Shown here: piece by piece, positions 54,262-64,000 of the stretch
How positions within the stretch are numbered: position 1 is the stretch's first letter
Layout of the letters: each line of letters starts with the position of its first letter
Assembly (NCBI GenBank): GCA_963740085.1
Contig: CAVUCU010000004.1
Coordinates: forward strand, 1 to 64,000
Direction: 5' to 3'
Length of the DNA: 64,000 bases
DNA from: Nitrospirota bacterium
GTDB lineage: Bacteria; Nitrospirota; UBA9217
Notes under the pieces: model-generated
Databases searched by the model: none
What the model was told of the DNA's origin: nothing
Seen by the model: only the letters and a program-made list of their open reading frames with translations
Translations under genes and position numbers: made by a program

Positions 54262-55605
54262 TTACAGGATATATCTGCTCAGGTCCTCGCTCTTCATGAC
54301 GTCGGCGAGTCGCTTCTGCACATAGTCCGCGTTGATCGCGACTTTGCTTCCCTTTTTTTCGGGAGCGTCAAAGGAGATCTCGTCGAGCAGTCGTTCCATG
54401 ACGGTGTGGAGCCTGCGGGCACCGATATTCTCCGTGCGTTCATTCACCTTGGCCGCGATGTCGGCGATTTCCTCGATCGAGTCCGTGGAAAAGGTAATCG
54501 AGACCTCTTCCGTGGCAAGGAGAGCGACCTGCTGTTTGATAAGCGCGTTCTTCGGCTCGGTCAGAATTCGGATGAATTCCGCCTTGCCCAGCGAATCCAG
54601 CTCGACCCGTATCGGGAACCGGCCCTGGAGCTCCGGGATGAGGTCGGACGGCTTGGATATATGGAATGCGCCGGCCGCGATGAACAGGATATGGTCCGTC
54701 CTGACCGGACCATACTTGGTCGTGACCGTCGACCCTTCGACGATCGGCAGGAGGTCCCGCTGAACACCCTCGCGGGATACATCCGGACCATGTGCTTCTC
54801 GGCCCGCTATCTTGTCGATCTCATCGAGGAACACGATGCCGGACTCCTCGATTCTCTGGACCGCCTCCTTGATGACCTTGTCCATGTCGATGAGCTTAGC
54901 GGCTTCTTCCTGAACGAGGAGACGGAGCGCGTCCGTTACCTTTACCCTGCGACGCTTGGTCTTTTCGGGGAGGAGCCCGCCGAGCATCTCTTTCAGGTTC
55001 ATCTCGATCTCTTCCATGCCGATATTCGAGATGATACCAAAGGGCATGACCTTTTCCTTCTGCTCAAGCTCAACCATCCGTTCGTCAAGCTTGCCCTCGT
55101 GGAATTGTTGACGAAGTTTTTCGCGCGTGCTGGTGTGTTGCTGTTCCTGTTCAATCGAAGAGGTTTCGGACCCCGGCAGTGTTCTGGGAGGCGGCAGCAG
55201 AAGGTCAAGAAGACGCTCCTCTGCCATGGCCGCTGCTTTCTCCCGGACCTGTTCCGTCATCTCGTTTTTAACCATATTGACGCCGATCTCGGTAAGGTCG
55301 CGAATGATGGACTCCACGTCACGGCCTACATACCCGACTTCGGTGAACTTGGAAGCCTCGATTTTGAGAAAGGGGGCCTGGACGAGCCTCGCGAGTCTGC
55401 GGGCGATCTCGGTCTTTCCCACGCCCGTGGGACCGATCATGATGATGTTCTTCGGCATGACCTCGTCGCGGAGGTCTTCAGACAGGCGTTGACGCCTCCA
55501 GCGATTCCGGAGCGCAATGGCGACGGCTCGCTTGGCCTTGTGCTGGCCGATGACATACTTGTCGAGCTCTTCGACAACCTGTCGTGGCGTGAGAGAATTT
55601 TTCAA
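54262..55605 (-). CDS. hslU: ATP-dependent protease ATPase subunit HslU
   Basis: [55 protein letters not shown]. Confidence 0.99.
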   Translation of the reverse strand: MKNSLTPRQVVEELDKYVIGQHKAKRAVAIALRNRWRRQRLSEDLRDEVMPKNIIMIGPTGVGKTEIARRLARLVQAPFLKIEASKFTEVGYVGRDVESIIRDLTEIGVNMVKNEMTEQVREKAAAMAEERLLDLLLPPPRTLPGSETSSIEQEQQHTSTREKLRQQFHEGKLDERMVELEQKEKVMPFGIISNIGMEEIEMNLKEMLGGLLPEKTKRRRVKVTDALRLLVQEEAAKLIDMDKVIKEAVQRIEESGIVFLDEIDKIAGREAHGPDVSREGVQRDLLPIVEGSTVTTKYGPVRTDHILFIAAGAFHISKPSDLIPELQGRFPIRVELDSLGKAEFIRILTEPKNALIKQQVALLATEEVSITFSTDSIEEIADIAAKVNERTENIGARRLHTVMERLLDEISFDAPEKKGSKVAINADYVQKRLADVMKSEDLSRYIL

Positions 55606-55713
55606 AAAAACCTCCGGATAAATACAGTAGTCAGGAGTCAGTAGTCAGGAGAAAAATGGATCAGCATTCGTTGCTTATTCTGGCTTCAGGCTCCTGACTA
55701 ATGTCTCCTGCGT

Positions 55714-56256
55714 TTACAACTCTTCTATCGTAATTACACTATTCGTATAAATGCAGATCTCCGCTGCGATCTTCATCGCCTCTTCCACGATCGCGCGGGT
55801 GTCGAGTGTAGTGTGGTCGATGAGCGCCCGGGCTGCAGCAAGGGCATAGGGACCGCCTGAGCCGATGGCGGAGATCCCATTTTCCGGTTCGATCACATCT
55901 CCGTTGCCGGAGAGAATAAAGGAACGCTCATGATCAGCGACGATCATCAGGGCTTCGAGCCGGCGAAGGACCCTGTCCGTTCTCCAGTCCTTTGCAAGCT
56001 CCACTGCGGCGCGCGTGAGGTTGCCATGGTACTGATCGAGCTTTGATTCGAATTTTTCGAAGAGCGTGAACGCGTCGGCAGTTGCGCCTGCGAAACCGGC
56101 AAGGACCTTATCATTATACATTTTGCGGACTTTTTTTGCATTGTGTTTCATCACGGTTGCACCGACGGTCACCTGGCCATCGCCGGCGATCGCTGTTTTA
56201 CCGTTCCGTCGGACTGCGAGGATCGTTGTACCGTGCAGGGGTGTTATTTCACTCAT
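55714..56256 (-). CDS. hslV: ATP-dependent protease peptidase subunit HslV
   Basis: [41 protein letters not shown]. Confidence 0.99.
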   Translation of the reverse strand: MSEITPLHGTTILAVRRNGKTAIAGDGQVTVGATVMKHNAKKVRKMYNDKVLAGFAGATADAFTLFEKFESKLDQYHGNLTRAAVELAKDWRTDRVLRRLEALMIVADHERSFILSGNGDVIEPENGISAIGSGGPYALAAARALIDHTTLDTRAIVEEAMKIAAEICIYTNSVITIEEL

Positions 56257-56328
56257 GCTGCCTCCATCGTTTCATGATGGACGGTGGACGATTATGCCTA
56301 CGCTCTTCGTCCCTCGTCATTCGCCCGT

Positions 56329-57222
56329 CTAGTTCTTCCGCTTGATCGCTCTCGGATGCGTCTTGTCATATACCTCCATCAGCGAGTCGAGGTTCACATG
56401 CGTGTAGCGCTGGGTGGTTGAAAGGCTCGCGTGTCCAAGAAGTTCCTGGATGGCGCGCAGGTCCGCGCCGGACTCCAGCATGTGAGTGGCATAGCTGTGC
56501 CGAAGCGTATGCGGACTAGCCTTTTGCTGAAGGCCCAGCTGTTTTCTGTGGTTTTCTAAAATACGCTGAACAGTGCGCGCTGTCAAGCGTTTTCCTGACG
56601 GTCCGATGAAGACGGCGGCAGTTTCAGCGATGCGGGACGGGCAGGTCAGATACGCATTGATTGCTTCACGAGCCTTATTACCGATCGGTACGATTCGTTC
56701 CTTGCGGCCCTTGCCTCTGATGCGGACAAGACTGCCGTGTGTGTCTATGTCTTCCCGGTTCATGCCGATGAGTTCGCTCGCACGGATGCCGGTGGAGTAA
56801 AGGGTTTCAAGTACGGCACGGTCTCTCAGTACGATGCAGCGGCCTTCAGGTTTCATCGAGTTCGGCGATTCCATGAGTCTTAACGCGTCGTCAGCGGTCA
56901 GCACGGCAGGAAGACGTTTTTCACGGCGCGGTGTAGCGACCAGTCGGGCCGGATTGCTCGAGAGTATCCCTTCACGGTTCAGATACCGGAAGAACGACCG
57001 GATGGCGGAGAGTTTTCTTGCTATGGATGATTTCTTCACCTCGCCCTGCATGAGGCGGGCGATGAACCGCCGAAGCGTTTGATGGTCAACTGCAGACAGC
57101 TCTTTATCGCCGAGAAAGGTGGAGAGTTGTTCGAGATCGGAAAGATAGCCCCGCAGCGTGTGAGGAGAAACGTTTCGCTCATTTCTGAGGTAGGAGAGAA
57201 AATCAAAAATGTGTTTGCGCAT
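56329..57222 (-). CDS. xerC: Tyrosine recombinase XerC
   Basis: ERNVSPHT, RDRAVLETLYSTGIR.SEL, GKGRKERIVP, SPHTLRHSYATHML..GADLR.IQELLGH..LSTTQRYTH; upstream of hslVU. Confidence 0.95.
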   Translation of the reverse strand: MRKHIFDFLSYLRNERNVSPHTLRGYLSDLEQLSTFLGDKELSAVDHQTLRRFIARLMQGEVKKSSIARKLSAIRSFFRYLNREGILSSNPARLVATPRREKRLPAVLTADDALRLMESPNSMKPEGRCIVLRDRAVLETLYSTGIRASELIGMNREDIDTHGSLVRIRGKGRKERIVPIGNKAREAINAYLTCPSRIAETAAVFIGPSGKRLTARTVQRILENHRKQLGLQQKASPHTLRHSYATHMLESGADLRAIQELLGHASLSTTQRYTHVNLDSLMEVYDKTHPRAIKRKN

Positions 57223-57343
57223 GTGGATACTTTAGCGTAACAGCCGCAAATTTGCAAGGGAAGAGGTGAATTGTGCATGGGTTGATACCGGCTGCCGATG
57301 AGCAACGTGGAAAGGAGGAGATCATTTGGCCGGGAGTATCTTG

Positions 57344-59953
57344 CTAAGATTTTGCGGGAGAGATAGATGCCGATGATCTCTTTTTTCTTGAAGGCTTCTT
57401 GGCCGCTTTCCTGGATGGTGTGCGTTTTTTTCGCCCGCCGCCGTTGTTCGCATTATCACGACGAATCGCCAGCAGTTCATAAGCTCGTTCTGGTAACATT
57501 TCCTCGAGGCGGTCGCTCCGCGTGAGGCTGGCATTGGTTTCCCCATCGGTGACATAAATGCCGAACTTGCCCTCTTTGGCCAGAACCGGTTTGCTGCTCA
57601 CCGGGTCATTGCCGAACTCGCGCAACGGAGGCTTTGGTGCAGCGCGGCGGCCGTACTGGCGAGGTGTAGCAAGCAGCGCAAGGGCTTGTTCGACGGTAAT
57701 ATCGAAGATCTGTTCTTCGCTCGCGAGCGTACGACTTTCCTTGCCCTTGGTGATATAGGGGCCATAGCGACCATTTTGTGCGGTGATCGCCACTCCGTCA
57801 ACCGGATCAACGCCCACCACGCGTGGAAGTGAGAGCAACCGCGCAGCGTCCTGGGGAGTGACGTGAGCCGGATCCATTGTCTTGAACAAGGACACCATCT
57901 TCGGTTTGTCGAGCCCGGGTGGGGGCGCATCAGGAGTACCCAGCTGAACATACGCGCCAAAGCGTCCGCTCTTGATGAAGAGAGGCAGACCATCCATTTG
58001 GCCGATCGGGTCGGTCCCCTTTGGCGCAGTGAGGAGTTTCAGCGCCACCTCCAGTGTCAGCTCATCGGGCGTCATGGTATCGGGAACGCTGGCTGTTTCT
58101 TCACCGCGGCGAACGTAGGGACCGAATTTCCCCGGCTTAACCACGACCTCAAGACCGGTCTCGGGGTCAATGCCGACGGGGAAGGTGTTGATCGCCGAGG
58201 CATCGATCTCATCGAGGTTTATAGCAACGCGTTGCTTGAGCCCAACGAGACCCTGGTCATTGCCGAAATAAAAATCAGCGAGCCACTGTTCCTTCTTCTG
58301 CAGACCCTGCGCGATCGCATCGAGATCTTCTTCCGTGTTCGCGGTAAAACTGTAGTCGACAAGACCTGAGAAGTGCTTTACCAGCAGATTAATGACGGAG
58401 AACGCGACCCAGTTGGGTACGAGCGCCTGGCCTTTTTTCCAAACGTAGCCGCGATTGACGATCGTTTGCATGATGGATGCCCAGGTTGAGGGACGGCCAA
58501 TGCCCAGTTCCTCAAGTTTTTTGATCAGCGACGCTTCAGTGTACCGCGCGGGTGGCTGCGTTACGTGTCCGCTCGGAGTGATGTCGGCAATATTTACCTT
58601 GTCACCAACAGCAAGCTTCGGCAGCAGCGCTTCACCCTTGATGTTCTCGGTATCGTCGTCCGTCGATTCCTCGTATACCTGTCGGTAGCCTGCAAAGGTG
58701 ATCGTAGTGCCGCTTGCGGTGAATTCGCAGTCAGCTCCATTGCTCAGTGCGCCCAGGCGTATGCTGACGGTGGTGCCGATCGCGTCGGCCATCTGCGAAG
58801 CGAGGGTGCGCTGCCAGATCAGCTCATACAGGGCAAGATCCTGCGAGTTCAGCTCGCTCTTGAGTTCGCGCGGTGAACGCATCGGCGTGCTCGGACGGAT
58901 CGCTTCATGGGCTTCCTGGGCGTTCTTCACTTTTGACGAGTAGGCGCGAGGGGTTGGGTAGAGGTATTGCGGGCCGTACAACTTCCCCACTTCCGCGCGG
59001 ATCTCCGCAAGCGCTTCATCGGAGATCACCACATTGTCCGTTCGCATATACGTGATGAAACCGCGTTCATATAAACCCTGTGCGACACGCATGACCTGTG
59101 CCGCGGACAGGCGTAATTTCCGGCCGCCCTCCTGTTGAAGGGTTGATGTCATGAACGGCGCCTTTGGCGTCGATCGGTAAGGTTTTTCCTCGACGCTTCG
59201 AACCGTGAGAAGCGTTTGGTCAAGGCCTGCGGCCAGCGCCATTGCCCGGGTCTTGTCGATTACGATGACCTTGCCGCTGGCACGACCCTGGCTGTCAAAG
59301 TCCTTGCCCGTAGCGACTTTGGTGCCGTCGAGTGTGACGAGCGTGGCGATAAAGGGAGGTGTTGTTGCCGTTGAAATATCGATACCCCAGTATCCGGCAG
59401 CGACATGAGCGATGCGTTCACGTTCGCGTTCCACCACGAGACGGAGTGCGGGGCTCTGAACCCGGCCGGCCGATAAGCCGCGATTTACGCGTCGCCACAG
59501 CACCGGAGACACCTCGTATCCAAAGAGCCGATCCAGTATCCGGCGGGTCTCGGCAGCGTCAACCAGCCCGTGGTCGATGCCGCGGGGATTGGCGAGCGCG
59601 TGTTCGATAGCGGATTTGGTGATTTCATGGAACACCATGCGTCGCACCGGTATCTTCGGCTTCAGATGCTCAACAAGGTGCCACGAGATCGCTTCGCCCT
59701 CGCGGTCTTCGTCGGTCGCGAGATACAGGGCGCTTGCGTTTTTCAGTGCTTTCCGGAGATCGCGCACAACCTGAGTTCCGCGTTCGGTGAGCTCGTAGGT
59801 GGGTTTAAATCCATTGTCAACGTCGACCGCGAGCCCTTTGCTTGGGAGGTCTGCAATATGGCCCACAGAGGCGCGCACATCAAAGGCATCACCGAGATAT
59901 TTTGCGATGGTTTTTGCCTTTGCCGGTGATTCAACAATGACGAGGGATTTCAT
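57344..59953 (-). CDS. topA: DNA topoisomerase I with Topo_C_Rpt-type C-terminus
   Basis: LVIVESPAKAKTI, ATDEDREGEAI, SAGRVQS, ITYMRTD, AQEAHEAIRP, GIGRPST; four G(R/K)(F/Y)G.Y repeats and a Lys/Arg tail. Confidence 0.97.
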   Translation of the reverse strand: MKSLVIVESPAKAKTIAKYLGDAFDVRASVGHIADLPSKGLAVDVDNGFKPTYELTERGTQVVRDLRKALKNASALYLATDEDREGEAISWHLVEHLKPKIPVRRMVFHEITKSAIEHALANPRGIDHGLVDAAETRRILDRLFGYEVSPVLWRRVNRGLSAGRVQSPALRLVVERERERIAHVAAGYWGIDISTATTPPFIATLVTLDGTKVATGKDFDSQGRASGKVIVIDKTRAMALAAGLDQTLLTVRSVEEKPYRSTPKAPFMTSTLQQEGGRKLRLSAAQVMRVAQGLYERGFITYMRTDNVVISDEALAEIRAEVGKLYGPQYLYPTPRAYSSKVKNAQEAHEAIRPSTPMRSPRELKSELNSQDLALYELIWQRTLASQMADAIGTTVSIRLGALSNGADCEFTASGTTITFAGYRQVYEESTDDDTENIKGEALLPKLAVGDKVNIADITPSGHVTQPPARYTEASLIKKLEELGIGRPSTWASIMQTIVNRGYVWKKGQALVPNWVAFSVINLLVKHFSGLVDYSFTANTEEDLDAIAQGLQKKEQWLADFYFGNDQGLVGLKQRVAINLDEIDASAINTFPVGIDPETGLEVVVKPGKFGPYVRRGEETASVPDTMTPDELTLEVALKLLTAPKGTDPIGQMDGLPLFIKSGRFGAYVQLGTPDAPPPGLDKPKMVSLFKTMDPAHVTPQDAARLLSLPRVVGVDPVDGVAITAQNGRYGPYITKGKESRTLASEEQIFDITVEQALALLATPRQYGRRAAPKPPLREFGNDPVSSKPVLAKEGKFGIYVTDGETNASLTRSDRLEEMLPERAYELLAIRRDNANNGGGRKKRTPSRKAAKKPSRKKRSSASISPAKS

Positions 59954-60036
59954 AAGAGTTTAAACCTTTTAGTCGAAACGTCCGAAGAGACAGCGCAAGT
60001 ATTGTTCATGTTCTGATAGACTGCTTCAACAGCCGG

Positions 60037-60513
60037 TTAATTCCATGCGGTATTTTTAATCCGCCGGAGATTCGCAGAAGAACTATGCTCATGATCATGC
60101 GGGGAGACGAAGAAGATAAGGGCAATAAGGTTCTTGATATGGTCAAGCTCGATCCGTTCAGTATATGCCGTCATGGCCTTTTCCAGCAATTCTTCCCGCT
60201 GGTCCTCGGAGATGATCCCGAGGTGGGTGAGCTTTGATACAAAACCAAAAGCTTCAACAGTAAACCGTTCGCGTTCTTCCCGGTTCATCGTCCTCATCCG
60301 TATGGAAGATGCCTTCAGTTCTCGCGTGATGAGGCTTTCTGATTGGTTCTGTACGAGGGTCTGCATGAGGGTGAGCGCAGCGTCAGCTTCAGTGAGCCGG
60401 AAACCGCTGTTCAGCAGAGTTTGCATGATCTTGCCTTCGTTATCGAACAACTCCTGTTTGTTTCGAACCTGGTCCGCGATAATCGAGACGAGGTCCATCA
60501 TCTGTTCGTCCAA
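60037..60513 (-). CDS. smg: Smg/DUF494 family protein
   Basis: L...GF...E...AL, MRTMNREERERFTVEAFGF..KL..LGII....RE; between dprA and topA. Confidence 0.75.
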   Translation of the reverse strand: MDEQMMDLVSIIADQVRNKQELFDNEGKIMQTLLNSGFRLTEADAALTLMQTLVQNQSESLITRELKASSIRMRTMNREERERFTVEAFGFVSKLTHLGIISEDQREELLEKAMTAYTERIELDHIKNLIALIFFVSPHDHEHSSSANLRRIKNTAWN

Positions 60514-60627
60514 AAAAATCTCCTTTGTGTTTACTACAGAGGCACAGAGAAAACTTATATTAATTCAAAAATACTTTTCTCCGTATCTCGGCGTCTCTGC
60601 GGTAGACAATGACTTTTTACGACCGTC

Positions 60628-61761
60628 TCAATCTTCCCGAACAAAATACTTCCCGGGAAGCTGTTTCGTCATTCCTTTCAACTCCAGATTGATCAGGACT
60701 CCGCTCAGTTTCCCGGCATTGGCGCCGCTTTCCTTCATAATGATGTCAATGTGCTTCGGTTCATTCGTAATACAGCAAAGCACGGTTGTTTCTTCGCGGG
60801 TAAGCGCAGGCAAGGGGCGGGAAGATATGGCTGAACCCTTATCCTGCTTGTCCATCCCGAGGTTCTTCAGGATATCTTCGACGCCTTCTACGAGGATCGC
60901 GCCCTGCTTGATCAGGCTATTCGTGCCCTTGCTGGTTAACGAGCCGATGTTCCCCGGTACGGCATAGAGCCTGCGGCCCTGTTCGAGCGTGTACTTGGCG
61001 GTGATGAGCGAGCCGCTGTCCTCGGCAGCCTCGATGATAACGGTTCCCCGTGACAGCCCGCTGATGATCCGGTTCCTGGCCGGGAAGTAACCCGATTCAG
61101 GTTGTGTGCCAAAAGGGTTCTCGGTCACCACGGCCCCGCGCCCCGCGTGGCTGATCTCTTCCATCAGGCCTTTGTTCTCTGGCGGATACACGACGTCAAT
61201 ACCGCATCCGAGTACTGCTATGGTCCGGCCTTTTGCCGCAAGTGAACCACGATGCGCCTGGGTGTCGATCCCCCTCGCCATGCCGCTGACAATAGTAAAG
61301 CCTGCCGAAGAAAGTTCTGATGCGATCCGTCGCGTGACGGTTATCCCATAGTGAGTGGGTTTGCGGGTGCCGACGATCGCAATGGAGTTTCTGTCTTGTG
61401 CCTGCAGTTCGCCTTTCACGTACAGGTAGGGCGGCGAATCCGGTGCATTCCTGAGGCTTTCGGGATACGCAGGGCTGTCGGCCGTCACGATCGCAACGTT
61501 CGCTTCAGCCGCTTTCGCGACCTCCTGTTCCGCATGTTCCTGCCAGGGGAAGGACCCTATCGCCGCGGCGACCTTGTCGGACAACATGCCGATCTTCCGA
61601 AGCTCCTCATGAGAAGCGAAGAGTACACGCTCCGGTGAACCGAAAAGGTCGACAAGTTTCCTGAACGTGATGCGTCCGACCCCCGGAACGCTGCTGAGTC
61701 CTATCCAAGTGAGGGCCGGATCGGAATTGTTTTGTATGAGGCTGTCCGTGTGTGTACTCAT
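60628..61761 (-). CDS. dprA: DNA-processing protein DprA
   Basis: YPESL...PD.P..LYVKG, IAIVGTR, IVSGMARGIDT.AH, FPARNRIISGLS, SGSLITA. Confidence 0.97.
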   Translation of the reverse strand: MSTHTDSLIQNNSDPALTWIGLSSVPGVGRITFRKLVDLFGSPERVLFASHEELRKIGMLSDKVAAAIGSFPWQEHAEQEVAKAAEANVAIVTADSPAYPESLRNAPDSPPYLYVKGELQAQDRNSIAIVGTRKPTHYGITVTRRIASELSSAGFTIVSGMARGIDTQAHRGSLAAKGRTIAVLGCGIDVVYPPENKGLMEEISHAGRGAVVTENPFGTQPESGYFPARNRIISGLSRGTVIIEAAEDSGSLITAKYTLEQGRRLYAVPGNIGSLTSKGTNSLIKQGAILVEGVEDILKNLGMDKQDKGSAISSRPLPALTREETTVLCCITNEPKHIDIIMKESGANAGKLSGVLINLELKGMTKQLPGKYFVRED

Positions 61762-62385
61762 TCCGCACTTAAGGTTAGGAATTATACAGTCTCAGGAAAG
61801 ATAGTCAAGAATTTTTTTCGGACCGTTCTCAATTATGATCTCGATTAACGTTCGATTGCACAATATGCCAGTGCAGAGAAAAATCAGGGGAGTTACATTA
61901 AATGTCTTGAGAACCAATGTCCAGACAGTTTCCCGAATGTTCCCTTATCAGCCGGAACGGAAAACTGCAGGGAGGCGATTGCGCGGTGTTTAGTGTCAGG
62001 TCGGTCATTCCCTTTTGTGCTGTCACCTTCGTTTCTCATTGCCTCAGCTGCATATGACGAGGTCATGTCTTTCATCAATGTGAATATTTATGAGGCGAGC
62101 GGGGGGGGCATTTTCCACTCAGGCAGCATGGTCTGATGGCATGAATGAGGCTCCCGCTTACACTCAAGTTTTACCATCATCCACCTGAACGATAAGGATT
62201 CATTAAATATGATCCTGGAAGTGCGGCGCTTCACTCTTTTCAGAGACTTGCTCGTTGTTTAGATGCTCTTATGAAACCAAGGATTAGAACGATGTTTCTT
62301 TGCATTTTTGATAAATTAACGTCAAGTTTAGCATTCTTGCAAAAACTTACTCTTGCATGCATCCTTTAGATTCAATGTGATATCT

Positions 62386-62402
62386 TTGGCACATAGGATG
62401 CA
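62386..62402 (+). promoter_or_regulatory. Putative sigma54 (-24/-12) promoter
   Basis: TTGGCAC-ATAGG-ATGCA with exact GG-N10-GC spacing. Confidence 0.6.
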
Positions 62403-62709
62403 TGTACTCTAAAGTCGAAATGGAATATGTCCATAGGCAGACGATGATTATAGACCGGTAATTCGTTAGATCAGCATCCGGCCCGCATTATTCGTGATCG
62501 TCGCGTTATTTTCCGGCAGTGCCGGACTATTTTTTGCCTTCATAGTTGCAAAGATTATTAACAATGCAACTATTCCTTGTATGAGCTCACTTTCGGTGCG
62601 CGTTTTATGGTCATAGTTTACCTCGTTCTTATTGCGAAGGGAGGTGAAAGGGAACAATAAGCATCTGATCTGATATCCAGGTTTTTAAATTATAAGGAGG
62701 CATTCGGTA

Positions 62710-64000
62710 ATGAAAAAAGTACTTCTAGTGGCAATGTCGTTCGTCCTTTTGACCGCAGGCTTTGCAGCGGCTGCTGATGAAACCTCATGGCTTGAGATCG
62801 GCGGTGATTACCAATACAGGTTTGATTCGCTCAAAGGTACGGTTCATGAATACTATAATTTCCAGGATGTTCTGCCCTGGCAGCTCGGAGGTATGACGAC
62901 CCCCCCGCCGGACACCGTAAAAAGTTATGATGTCAAGAACGATTCGCTCATGACGAACCGCTTCGGTCTGAACTTGAAGGCAAACGCCCTGGAAGACGTT
63001 AGCGTCAAGGCTCGTTTTATCATGTACAAAATATGGGGACATGAGACCTCGGGGCCCGCTGACGGCTCCTTTTTCTCGGACAGGGCAACGGGACCGAACG
63101 ACGGCACGATCGGCCACATACCCCAGGACAACACATTACGGGTAGATTATGCTTATGCCACTGTTAGCAATATCGGACAGCTGCCCCTCTGGTTCTCCGT
63201 GGGCAGGAGGCCGACCACGGGCGGCGTCCCCACGAACATAAAAAATAATGAAGAAAAGACCGGCAGCGCGGGCGTACCCGCCATCCTGGTCGACTACGCC
63301 TTCGACGGCGCTACCATAGGTTATGCTCCGGATATAGAGGCAATGCCGGGCGCGTTCGTAAAACTCTGCTACGGCAAAGGTTTTGACAGCGGTTTTTCTA
63401 CGCAGACCGGTTCCTCTCTCAAGGACACGTCATTTTACGGTATAATGGCGGCACTGTACGACACTGAGAACCTGCGGGCACAAGTGCAATATCAGAGAGG
63501 TGCTCACATTTTCGATGCGCCTTCCGATGGCAGTGCCATGACCGGGCCAGTACAGCACAACCTCGGCGACATCGACTGGGTTGGCGGCGTTGTTATGGGG
63601 AAAGTATCCGATCTAAACCTATTTTTGTCCGCCGCTCAAAGCAAGACCCATCCTAATGACGAGCTGTTCCAGGTCGGTACCGTTCCTGTTGCCGGTCTGA
63701 TGTACGATGCAGGCAGTAATGCGGAAAGCCGTACCGGTACTGCCGTGTATATCGGCGGACGTTATGACATCGATTCCCTGGGCACGAAGATCGGCGTGGA
63801 ATACAATCAGGGATCGAAAAACTGGATCGGCATGGTGCCAGCCGCGGATGACAGCTGGACGAGCAAACTCGGGACCCGCGGCAGTGTCTACGAAATCTAC
63901 GTCATCCAGGAGTTGAAGAACCCGCCTATTTCCAAGAAGGGAATGGCCTTCTTCAAGCTCGGCTATCAATACTACAAGTTCGACTATACGGGCAGCAACA
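62710..64000 (+). CDS. DUF3373-family outer-membrane beta-barrel protein (runs off the window; absent from the ORF track)
   Basis: AAGGAGG RBS; MKKVLLVAMSF signal; SWLEIGGDYQYRFDSL, NDSLMTNRFGLNL, LRVDYAYAT, WFSVGRRPTTGG, VDYAFDG, CYGKGFDSG, SKLGTRG. Confidence 0.85.
   Translation, partial: MKKVLLVAMSFVLLTAGFAAAADETSWLEIGGDYQYRFDSLKGTVHEYYNFQDVLPWQLGGMTTPPPDTVKSYDVKNDSLMTNRFGLNLKANALEDVSVKARFIMYKIWGHETSGPADGSFFSDRATGPNDGTIGHIPQDNTLRVDYAYATVSNIGQLPLWFSVGRRPTTGGVPTNIKNNEEKTGSAGVPAILVDYAFDGATIGYAPDIEAMPGAFVKLCYGKGFDSGFSTQTGSSLKDTSFYGIMAALYDTENLRAQVQYQRGAHIFDAPSDGSAMTGPVQHNLGDIDWVGGVVMGKVSDLNLFLSAAQSKTHPNDELFQVGTVPVAGLMYDAGSNAESRTGTAVYIGGRYDIDSLGTKIGVEYNQGSKNWIGMVPAADDSWTSKLGTRGSVYEIYVIQELKNPPISKKGMAFFKLGYQYYKFDYTGSN

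Noticed and set aside
56329-57222. Tyrosine recombinase as the integrase for the attC sites or tRNA elements
   Set aside because: It has XerC size, motifs and hslVU synteny, and lacks the IntI-specific insertion

Overview
The window looks like two unrelated DNAs joined near 3153. Bases 1-3152 are very GC-rich and actinobacterial-looking: a toxin-first AbiE type IV toxin-antitoxin (TA) pair, Xre/RES TA debris, and VOC, SnoaL and MBL-fold genes. Bases ~3153-64000 are a moderately GC-rich chromosome segment whose gene order points to a Nitrospirota/Desulfobacterota-type anaerobe (inference): pgpA..cinA-thpR-recA-pilT-recX-alaS, a 7-tRNA cluster, tig-clpP-clpX-engB, and dprA-smg-topA-xerC-hslVU-argB. 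Scattered single-base frameshifts in otherwise intact genes suggest indel-prone long-read assembly. Highlights: (1) a CapK/CapS-like kinase plus STAS-wHTH repressor pair built into the pgpA-cinA-recA region, split by an insert carrying two ORF6N genes, a REP-flanked RAYT and an attC-flanked ion-channel-domain cassette; (2) an 88-bp structured element with covarying hairpins present behind two different tRNA-Arg genes, each copy followed by a duplicate of its own host tRNA 3' end; (3) a hybrid MtrC/OmcA plus ExtBCD-like porin-cytochrome cluster; (4) an actinobacterial-type topA in the native topA position; (5) a duplicated engB 3' half flanking a cargo gene. All calls come from motif and synteny recognition by eye; no searches were run.
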